A DNA stretch of 64,000 nt from Tubulanus polymorphus (lineage: Eukaryota; Animalia; Nemertea), in contig NC_134030.1 of the NCBI RefSeq assembly GCF_964204645.1, forward strand, positions 10,685,947 to 10,749,946, written 5' to 3'. Below, piece after piece: positions 35,936 to 46,182 of this stretch; the first letter of the stretch is position 1; each line of letters begins with the position of its first letter. A program made the translations under genes and the position numbers. Under the pieces are notes generated by a model. The model was given only the letters and a program-made list of their open reading frames with translations. It made no database searches and was not told where the DNA came from.

Positions 35936-38777
35936 TTAGATTTTGGAAATAGTTGATAATCGACTAACAGGCGTGTCGGTAGTTGATGATTTCGATCGTT
36001 TTGCGGAACGAAGAATTCCGTACAGTCGTAATATCTGTTTACTGCAACAGAAAATGAGAGCGATCAATACACCTTGGGAACTGTTAACAGCTACCACTAA
36101 ATACAACAACGCCGGTACAGATTTCAAGAATTGCGTAAAGAAAAGCAGAATCCACGAAACACCGAATAAAACCGAAAGCTTTGCAACCGGTATGTAAAGA
36201 TGGCTTCCGATATTTGACGAAACGATCCTTTTTTGTAGCTTTGTAGTGTTACACAGAGCGTGGCATATCAAAATCATAGCCGCGAAATTGAAAACGCATA
36301 TCAAAGCGACCGGGACGAAGAACGCGATGATTTTGGACTTTTGATCGACAAGCCAACAAGCCGCTCGCTCAGGGGCCATGTACATGCGCCACGGAAATTC
36401 CAGGATGGCGAAATCTAGCGCTAGAAACATCGCCACCAATACAGCTGGAACTCCCCAAGCATAGACGGAATATTTTACCAGTTTAAGCGTATTTTTACCG
36501 GGACTATGGGGGGCCAGCCGCACGAAAGTTCGGGACGTGTCGAAACTTATAGCGTTCATCCAGAAAAACGAAACAAGTTGAAAATAATGAGTGACGATAG
36601 CAACAGCAGTACAAACGTGCCCGCTTTCTACGACTAATCGTTGAAAGGCTACGAAAGTATAGAGTGTTGTACCGGCGGCCATTGAAGCCATAAGCTGCAT
36701 TAAACACAAACCTGGTAAATTTCTCAGTACACTGTATTGGCAATAGGTAGCGAAGGTTATTGTCAGACCGACAAGCGATAGACTACTTAGAATCGCGTTT
36801 ATAGTTTCTTCAATCTTAGTTGACGAATCGTAAAAACAAACGAGTGCCAAATTAGATCCGTTTTCGGTTCCATTGATTATCTTATACTCGCCGATTTGGA
36901 AGTCATGTGGTTTGTTGTTAAACAAAGTGTTGATTGTATTTCTGTTGTTAAATGTGAAATCTGTAACATTGAATCTATTTTGGCATTTGAACCGAGCGCA
37001 CGTGGTCAATTCAGTGCCCAAAGGCCCGTCCCTCTTACCCCAGAGCCGTAAGAAGATACCATTTTCAACTATACCCGGAGTCAAATTATCGTTATACAAA
37101 TTGACGTAATCGGTATCATTGATAACGTCGATTGAATATTGATTAGGCTCGTGAGTCACCAATCTTCGTGTAGAACAAACGGTGACGTCAGGAATTTGAT
37201 GGTTTTGCAAACGGCTTTCGAGAATTTCCATATTTGGACAATCTTCATCCGACTGAAAAACCGACTTGTTGTTCAACATTTCCAAAAGTGATTTCAGCGA
37301 AATCGACACTTCAATATCAAACTGAACGGAATAGAATCGTCGAAATGAGCAAAATTTGGATGGCATCGAATAATTCGTCATCAAATTCTCAAAATTAGTA
37401 AAGCTTTTGACATCACCACCCATAGACAATGCGATATGCAACACAGTCTTCTCTACGCTCTGCTTTAAACACGCATTTACCACAGAATCTTTTAACTTCA
37501 CATGCCTACATGTTGTGTCGTTTGGCCAACGCGTCACCATTATTTGTAAATGTACATATACCAATTGAAACGGTTTTTTGTTAGCCTGGACGCATTTAGA
37601 CATCAGTCGCTCGTATTTCTGCCCGATAGGACAAACATCAAAACTCTGGTCGCCGACATTTATCTGAACATTCCCCGTGCCTGCTGATAAATCAAACATG
37701 TAAGATAAGGTTCCGAATTGTAATTTACCAACTACCTTAGCAAACGGGGGCTGAGGGCATTGTAAGATTTTTGATTGAAGGAAATATATATTGGTCAAAT
37801 TCCCATTACAAATCAAACAATGCATGTTACGATACTTTCGATTAGTCTGACTTATAGTAACTGGTGATAGGTATTTTGTGCACAGATTCCTGGAGAGCGT
37901 ATCGAGTCTGATATCTGCCGCACGCCTGTAATATTGTGACGATTCACTAGACGGACAACTAGAGACAGTTTTCGGTTTGCATTTTACAAGAAGATTCTTA
38001 GCAGAAGTAATCAAAAACAATTTACAGGAACTGTTCAGCAAATATTCGAGAAGCCCGTCGCGGAATCTCGGTGCGTTGACGACCGACACGTTTTTCGGAC
38101 ATTTGCTCTTAAATCGAATCGCTTTCGCCGAATTAACGTCGAAACCGTGACACATTAAACAAAACACATTCTTAAATACGAATTGGTCTTTGTAATTTAC
38201 AAATAATCTATCGCGCATATTTTCATCACCTTTAGATTCGTCAGTTTTCTGGCATCGTTGCACGACTTCACTCGTAACGTTCGAATTAAGTGGGCATCTC
38301 GAAACCGTCCAGTAATAGTAGTCTGCGAGTGCCTTTTTGTGAACGGGATTCGATGTACACGTGATGTAATCATCTAAAAAATGTGTGTTCCCGGACGCAG
38401 TGGCTGCAGAAACACAGCAAGTTCCCATCAATTTACATAGCGTGTCCTTGGAACAGACGGTATCGGTTTCACGACAAAATCCATAAGGTTCTTTCAGTGA
38501 CCTGTGTCTTTCCTTTTGAATAAGTTCTATAATTGACCGCTGCCCTAAAACCGATAGAATACAACGTATCAACGATATTCTCATTCAACGCGAAAAGAAA
38601 CACTTTTTACGAAATAAATTTTTAAAAACATCTAGAAAATACTAGCATTATGAAACAAATGGCGGCGAAGAAAATCTTTTGAAAGCAACAATAAATTCCA
38701 AATACATATTGAACATTACCTTTGATATGACTGCACTCGAAATAAATAAATATCACTAGAAACCGAATTGAATCCAT
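35936..38777 (-). CDS. Class-B/adhesion-like (Methuselah-like) GPCR with long Cys-rich ectodomain, two exons
   Basis: Exon 1 38777-38720 encodes signal peptide MDSIRFLVIFIYFECSHIKG with a phase-1 G|GTAATG donor. Exon 2 38544-35936 follows a ttttag acceptor. Repeated (F/Y)xNxxCxxCxG motifs; 7TM with LRNLPG, HYFQLVSFFWMN, YAWGVP, CW, GVSW and SQGVLI. Confidence 0.85.
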
Positions 38778-39997
38778 ATTTCACAGATTCGGCTCAGACT
38801 TCAAACAGATCTGGTGGTTTGAATGAAATATATTTGCGACAGTACTGTAACTGTTAACAACAGAGTTTTGTCCATCAAATACGTACAAAGAACCAGTTCG
38901 TAAGAGGAAAATGCTTGACATTTGAAAAGCTAACAGTTTTAAAATGTTCCTATACAGTCGCTTGTTCGATGATTGTACGTGTTCAGAAATTTGGCTTGTC
39001 GTGCACAACAGTCAAACTCGAAGTTTCGAACAACGGTTGAAATTTGCTGTGGCATCGTTCCCCTTTGCAAGTTGTCAGAGTCGTTTTTGACGAACAAAAC
39101 TGTGCAACGAATGGTTTCATTTATTACGATCTCGAGTATTTGTTTTCCATCAGTCGCCCGAATTTGAAATTCAGAAAACCGTTTACTTTTTGCACACGGC
39201 ACTTCAAATATTGGTTTTGTCATCGTCTGTTCGTCTGGGTGGGTTTGTGAATTTATGAGCAAATATCTAAAAAAGACACCGTTTCATCGGAGGAAAGTTT
39301 TTAGTAACAAAATAAACATTCTCGAAAGATACTCTAAATTCATTCCATAACTATTCCGTCATTCACGGTGGTTTTGTTTTCGAAGTTCTGCAGTGTTTAG
39401 TTTTTCAGCGTTTACTCTCTAAAAGCCATAGAATTAGATGGAGAGGTTAAAACATCATGGATTTTCAGCGCTTTCAACTCTACGTTTCTACATGAGAGGA
39501 AGATGAATGTTTGTATTTGAAATATGGGCGGCTGATTCGAGCCATTGTAAAAAGAAAAACAAAACATATTCCATGTTCAGGTCGACTTGGTCGTTTTTAG
39601 TTACAACGTGCTGGTCCTTTTTTCGTTGTTAATACTGTGTTAGAAAGAACACTTAGTTTGAACGTGGCGTTAATATGACGGCAGCTCCCCGACATCCAAT
39701 ATGAAAATACGCAACCTCCCTTACTCGGACAAGTTTGGACCGACAAAAAAAGAAAGTAAGAAGTAAATTTCTGAACATAATATGTCAACTCGACATAAAA
39801 TCGGCAAAACATTTTCTAAAGTATAACGGTACCAGAAAATAGATCTAAAGAACACAACGTACTTTGATACCCTATGGACTATAATATCACCATCATTCTA
39901 TGGACACAGGGTCACTTACCGAATTACCGAATCGGGGATGAATTTAGTAAAGTAACGCATAGCGATCAGAACATTTCTATAGAATTTCATTTAGTCT

Positions 39998-40022
39998 ATC
40001 ATTATCATTATCATTATCATCA

Positions 40023-40055
<33 letters not shown>
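39998..40055. repeat. (CATTAT)/(TAT)n microsatellite
   Basis: Direct repeat run. Confidence 0.9.
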
Positions 40056-40056
<1 letters not shown>

Positions 40057-40622
40057 GCCTCGGTTTAAACGATAGGACGCCACTGTGTTAGGGTCAAGGT
40101 TATCGTTTCGATATCGATGTTCGCTGTAGAAATTCTGAAGAAGCGTTCATCCATTTTCTCCACCAAATTCATCTCTGCGATCAGTTCGGAGAAATAAACT
40201 CACTGAGAAAAAAACAACAAAACGACTCAGATTCGAGAAATAGTGGCTCAGAATTATCTTAATTTAGAGGTCGAAACCTTTCACGAATTGATTTTGAGCA
40301 TTCCTTACAACGTGTTTTGGCAAAAAGTAAAAACCGCATTTTCTAACTTAATAGTTAGTGCTACTGAAATAACAATAAGTTTAACATCTTGTTTTCTTTA
40401 ATTATATGAAACCAAAATCATGGCAAAATCATTTATATCCATGCGGGTATCTAGACCTCCCATGTAACGGTTGATACATGCAATTGAATATGATTTACAA
40501 ATGTATATCTATCGTTTGATACCAACGCAACTAATACGTCATTAACGAACACTGACACACCTCACCTCATTAGATCATCGAATAATTTTTCAGAGGCACG
40601 TCAATTTAAATTTCATGGAATT

Positions 40623-41653
40623 ATGAATCGTACATTTCTCCAGTCGCCTTCAGAACGTTGGCAAACGACCGTCTGGTACACGTACAGTGTTATAGTCTAT
40701 CTCTTGATGATTGTCGGCAGTGTCGGTAGCTTGCTTACGTTAATTTTACTCATTCGATTGCGCAATGAACTAGACGGTCCCAGTACTCAATACTTGATCT
40801 CATTAGCTTTATCCGATATCATATATTTGAACGCAATGTCGTTGAAACTGCTAGAGAAGGTCAGCTACTCTTCGGGTACAGGCTTTGGTATATACCTAAT
40901 TTACACGTTTTCTAAATTTGTTTGTAAGTTTTTACTCGTAACGGTAAATGTTTCATTAAGATTATCCACTTGGACGTTGTGTATTTTTTCTCTAGAGAGG
41001 ACATTTGCTATTTGTATGCCTTTCAAAGCTACGGCATATTTTACCTAATCTCCGCGTCGATGTTTGATCCTATGTCAATGGATCATTACCCTAATAGTAG
41101 AGGGAACTTTCTACAACTTATATGGCATTCACACCTACGTTCGTCGAAGACGGGCGCCAAAACTGCATATTATTTCCTGATTTCCGATCTTCGGAAAACG
41201 TCGTTTTTAGGATCGCTTTTTCCATATACTTACGGATAACCGTTTATATTGCTCCATACTGCATAAGCGTTTCGAATATGTTTATGATCGCTATAAAGCT
41301 AGCATCGAGGCCAATTAACACCCATTGAAAAATGCACTAGATATTTCTAAACAAGACAAAACCTGTATCAGAAATCTTGTGGCGATAACTTGTTTATATC
41401 TAACTCTATCGCTACCTAACAATATTGTCAATGCTGTTCTAAGTGTAAAACCTTCGTTCTTAATTTGCCCCGTAAACCGTACATGCTTCAACTCATTATG
41501 CTGACAACAGCGACTCTGGAAATATCAAACAACGCAGTAAATTTCATTGTATATTTCATCAGTTTTAGAAAATTTCGAAAAGAAATAAGAAGATGTATTC
41601 GAATTCCGACTGCGAAACTCCTAGTTTTCTTCATAATTTGTTTGACGCCATAA
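40623..41653 (+). pseudogene. Rhodopsin-family GPCR pseudogene
   Basis: TM1-3 (YLISLALSD, SLERTFAICMP), in-frame TAA at 41046, and frame changes near 41120, 41330 and 41465. TM7 NNAVNFIVY..KFR is in a later frame. Confidence 0.85.
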
Positions 41654-42059
41654 AAACCGTTATAGCAACGTTTTAATGCATTGATACATACATGTGAAGT
41701 ATGCGTTATATAAGGGTTCTGAATGAGTCGATGTGCACTACGACATCAATATTGGCGTTTCGAAATAACAATTACAATTATGAAATTTGGCGTTTATTAT
41801 GTAATTAAATATACTTACTTCACAACTTTTATTTTATTTCTGATAAATTTTAACAATTATTTTTGATAGGATGTGCACTACGTCATCAATATATCGGGGT
41901 CAAACTGGTTGCCAGGCAATTCGATTCAATTATCAATATATTCAAATTCAAAATACTTTTATTGATCTTGAACATTACATATTATCTTATTATTCATTGT
42001 CGACAATATCAAGCGATATATGTATTATTTTCCAAGGTGTCGATAAATCAAGTTAGTTT

Positions 42060-42365
42060 TCTAGATGGCTATTTCCACATACATACGGATTACGCTTTAT
42101 TTTGCTCCATACCGCAAAAGCGTCTCGCGTATAATTATAATCGCAAATAAGTTAGCACCAAGACCAAAAAACAGGTAGTTTAGAAAACGTGAAGAATATC
42201 TCTAAACTATACAAAACCTGTATCAAAAATGTCGTGGCGATAACCTGTTTAAGTTTCCATCAGTTAATTCGTTCAGTAAACCTTACATGTTTCAATACAC
42301 ATTTCTGACAGCGCAGCGTCCCTTGAAATGTGAAACAATACATTTCATGTATATTCCATCAGCAC
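42060..42365 (+). pseudogene. Decayed duplicate of the 3' part of the GPCR pseudogene
   Basis: Matches 41220-41560 (TTGCTCCATAC; AAAACCTGTATCA.AAAT.T.GTGGCGATAAC.TGTTTA; GTAAACC.TACATG). Confidence 0.7.
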
Positions 42366-43257
42366 CATTACGTATTGATTGTCACATATTGTATACATTG
42401 TTGCCAGTTATTTCTGAAATAAATGAAAATTCAATTTAGGTCCATTTCTTCATACATCTACATCATTAGCATTTTAGCCCAGAGCTAAATACCCAAAAGC
42501 GAATCCAGACTCAAATTAAGTTGAAATTCACGCCTAAAAATTCAGGGTTCTCAACTTGGTTATTTTGAGAAATAAATTTTGAAAAAATTCAAACATTTCA
42601 GGAACTTTGCGCAATTTTGTAACTTAGTAATTTTCTCTTTAATTACGAATGTACATGGTCTTACAGGGCAGAAAACTCAGTATCGCTGCTTCGCAAGTTT
42701 TCTAAATTTCCAAAGGTTTGCATATAAATGATCTGCTATACGGATTAATCTTATTTATTTTGTAAAACTAATCACTGTTTTTGACCAATGACGGTCTCGT
42801 ACTATTTGCTCTGACAGTCTCCTCCGTCTATGTTGGTGAATCAATTTCATGTTAAAGAATTCTTACATATAGTAATTAACTTATGTTTACGATACCTATT
42901 CATCATTTGTTAGAGAGCAAATCGTTATCTGCACTCCACACATCCGTGAGAGCGAATTAGATTCTGGTGCGTTATAGAAGGCAAAACAGTCAAACATCCA
43001 CGGAAAAATCATACTTGCTCTACAGAAAGGAAAAATGAAATTGGGTCCATCGAGAAGAGAGGCCTTGTGACGTTGTGTAAATTAAATGTACTTACCCTAA
43101 CCCTAACCCTGGGAGCGTCTATGTCCACATGTGACTTAGTCGTAACAGTTAAATTGCTTACTGGTCACCACACAAATAGAATATGTTCTTTTAAGAAACT
43201 ATAATTTCTATTTCTTCAAGTTCTACAGTGAGAGATAAGTTGACGAATGGTCGACAT

Positions 43258-44211
43258 TTATTTCTCTGAATTTCGGCAGCGGATTTGCTTGCAGAAATAT
43301 TCTCGAATTTCTCGCCCTAGTAAAAGATATACGTAAAAATTTACAACATAATTGCACATTTGAAATTGACTGAAGATTTCTAAAAGAATTTCTCGTTGCC
43401 CCAAGATCGATACGAATACCGCAATACAGGATGGAATTGTGAATATTACAAATGTAAGTGAAACTGTTACAAGCATTAATGTTGTACGTTTTGCTTTTGT
43501 AGTTTTCTGATCAGACGAAATCATTTTCAAACTTCTGAATAACTGAATAATTGTTACAGAATTCGATGTAATTATCAAGGATAAAGGTATAATGAATACA
43601 TATGTGACATAGGCGATAAAAGGTAAGGATTCGTCAAATGATTCGAAATAGCATCCCACGATCGACTGGTAAGAATAGTGCGTAGTTATTGCAGGACGAA
43701 CAACTGTTACCAAAACGTTAATTATGGAAATAATAGCGATGACGCATTGGGCGAATCTAGGCGTACATATCAAACGAGAAGTGAACGGGAAGATCACAAC
43801 TGCCGCACGTTCTAGAGATATTGCTACAATTAACCACGAACAATAAGCTGCAACAAATCCAATTGTAAGTTCATAAAATTGACAACTGATCGTTGAATTC
43901 ATCATGAATATGGGACCGTCTTTAATGTGCAAGAGAACAAACTGTAAAAAAGGCATCAGTGTGAAACTGACGCAAATCACCAAATCACTGAGAGACAAAA
44001 CGATCAGATAGCTAGCGTATGATAAACTCCGGAATCTGCGACTAGTCATTATCAGGAAAGTAGCCGAATTTCCGAAGGCTCCTAACATGAACCAGACAGG
44101 TAGAATGACCAATGATACAGTACGGTAGACTCCAGACTTGTTCTCCACGGACATCAGGACGATATGACTGATATGAGATCGATGAACGAACTCCATCTGT
44201 GTAGAATTCAT
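43258..44211 (-). CDS. Intronless rhodopsin-family GPCR, about 317 aa
   Basis: ATG 44211 (MNSTQ..); GN, LSLSD, SLERAAVVIFP, TM6 FTIP, NFYVY. Confidence 0.9.
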   Translation of the reverse strand: MNSTQMEFVHRSHISHIVLMSVENKSGVYRTVSLVILPVWFMLGAFGNSATFLIMTSRRFRSLSYASYLIVLSLSDLVICVSFTLMPFLQFVLLHIKDGPIFMMNSTISCQFYELTIGFVAAYCSWLIVAISLERAAVVIFPFTSRLICTPRFAQCVIAIISIINVLVTVVRPAITTHYSYQSIVGCYFESFDESLPFIAYVTYVFIIPLSLIITSNSVTIIQLFRSLKMISSDQKTTKAKRTTLMLVTVSLTFVIFTIPSCIAVFVSILGQREILLEIFSQFQMCNYVVNFYVYLLLGREIREYFCKQIRCRNSEK

Positions 44212-45459
44212 GGTTTTCAACTTTGTTTGGTTATGGACTGACTCATGCAGAAATTAAATTAGAAATCCATACGTATCTTTTCATGGATGCAGCTGCTATT
44301 CGTCATTCGATAGAGAATAAATCATCTCACAATATTCTTTGTCGACCACAAAGTTAAAATCAATAATTCTCAGATTTTTAAAATGTCTGCTTTGTAAAAA
44401 AAAATTGTGAAATTACATGGTGCTGAATTAGAGGGTGAGAATTGAATCAAGTTTGAACCACTGAAATGATATTACAAATAAAACTAGTGTATAGCTGCAA
44501 AGCTACATGCAGTTAGCTAGAAATGAATCAAGTTTGAAACTTTAACCACTGGAGAGTTCATGCATCGTATCGCAGAAGAGGAGAATTTCCTGCATTTTGT
44601 GAATGCTGAGTTTCATTAACGTTTTCTTTACCGTTTGTTGATTGTCGTTTTCGAACAAATTTTAAGAAATATTATCTCGAATTCTTTCTATGTTCTCATT
44701 TTGCTTTACGAATGCCAACTGATAGAGCAAATGGAAATTAAAGATTACGCTTGGAAATACCTGTCAATGGGTCGAGTAAGCGAGAAAACTAACTTGAAAG
44801 TGTGGTGCATCACCTTGAATAATACATAAACCACGTCAAATTCCCAAGGAATATTTCTACGATACTACATAACGGTAAACATGACTGAAAAACATGAACG
44901 GTAAAAAAACTATTCCATTCATTTTGAATTGATCACGATCAGCCCCATTATCTCGTACTTGTAAAATGCAAAATTTGTATCGCAGCAAAATACCCGTCCA
45001 CGGAACAGGTTTAATCAAACACGCGCTATATCTATACCGATATATAGAGTATGCCAAAGTGAATCAAAGAAGATTGGCTAAAACATTGCCGACGGTGGAT
45101 CCAGGATTTCAGATAGGGGTGCCGACAAAGCGAAGCGAGGTGTTGGGCGGCGCGGAAGGGTTCTCTAGAATTTTTTAACAAAATAAAAAAAAAGCTTTAC
45201 CTCGGGCGTTTAAACGAAAAATTCATCGTGGTGCTAAAACGAAAAACTATTGACGTGGCATTAAATGAAAAAAATGGTTTCAACTTCGCATTAAAACGAA
45301 AAACTGGTTTTAACGAGGCATTAAAACGAGAAGTTGGTTTTGACCATGGCGTTTCAACGAAAAGTTGGAGATCGAGAGTCCGATTTTCTTTTTAATGTGG
45401 ACAGAATCAGCCACCATTACTCCGACGACACTTCCCCGCGACGTTTTGCGCGTTCAGTG

Positions 45460-45512
45460 ATTCCACGTGATAAACACGGCAATGAGCATGCGCACTGCGA
45501 ACAAAATGGCTG
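45460..45512 (+). promoter_or_regulatory. Cluster of housekeeping-promoter motifs about 700 bp upstream of the DARS1 ATG
   Basis: E-box CACGTGA, NRF1-like GCATGCGCA and YY1-like AAAATGGC in a CpG-rich patch. Confidence 0.4.
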
Positions 45513-45868
45513 AACTTTCTTACGACAAAACAATCGCATTGCGGCCATTGTGTTGGCGTTTGCTTCGGCGGGAAGCAATCAAACCCTCGATAATGTGTTC
45601 AATCCCGTGGTCGACTTTAATTCCCGGATCACAGTTCCGACTGACCGGACATTCGGTTTCATATGTTCGTAAGAACTCCATCCTCTCCTGCCAGGGTTTG
45701 ATTGTCTCCCACCAAAGCTCACGCTAAATCCTGGCCGCAGATCCTTTATTGGTCTTACCGTCCTAGTGGAGTAGCGGTTGTTGTCACGGTTCCCCGACGC
45801 TAGAAACACAAGGCGTCACGGGCACCGCTCAAGATTTCCTGGTCGGAGGGACAGGTTGCCGCTCTGCC
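45503..45868 (-). ncRNA. Candidate structured ncRNA of about 365 nt, family unassigned, strand tentative
   Basis: Long interrupted helix 45540-45587 / 45693-45740; 9-bp crossing helix TTCTTACGA/TCGTAAGAA; 5'/3' ends pair (GGCAGAGC/GUUCAGCC) and are followed by T4; TATAAAA about 30 nt upstream on the minus strand. Confidence 0.4.
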
Positions 45869-46182
45869 AAAATTATCTAATTGTTTATTAATGTTGTTTT
45901 ATATCGTAAGTTTAAATCGTTATCGTGTATAAATGTCTGTATCAACTTTTTGTAATTTACCGGGCACCGAAGCCTCGTAAACATAAGGCGCAATAAACGT
46001 TTAATTGAATTGAATAGTGATGTGGAGAATGTTGATTGAAAATGAACAAGTGGAGCATGTTGGTTAGAAAAACCCGGAAGTAATTAAGTAAATTGAATTG
46101 TTAGCCGGGTTCGGTTCGCTGGGTTCGGGTTCACATTCTTGAGTTCAGGCGTTACTACGGTGTTGGCGTAAAAACAGATAAG

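Noticed and set aside
43095-43110. CCCTAACCCTAACCCT as a telomerase template or interstitial telomere
   Set aside because: Only about 2.7 units and no recognisable telomerase RNA fold nearby; such short tracts are common in invertebrate repeats.
45503-45868. Assignment of the candidate RNA to SRP, RNase P/MRP, 7SK or telomerase RNA
   Set aside because: Only partial resemblances (GGAAATCTTGAG, CCGGTCAGTCGGAA); the P4 partner strand, SRP helix-8 AGCAG, 7SK 3' hairpin and telomeric template are all missing.
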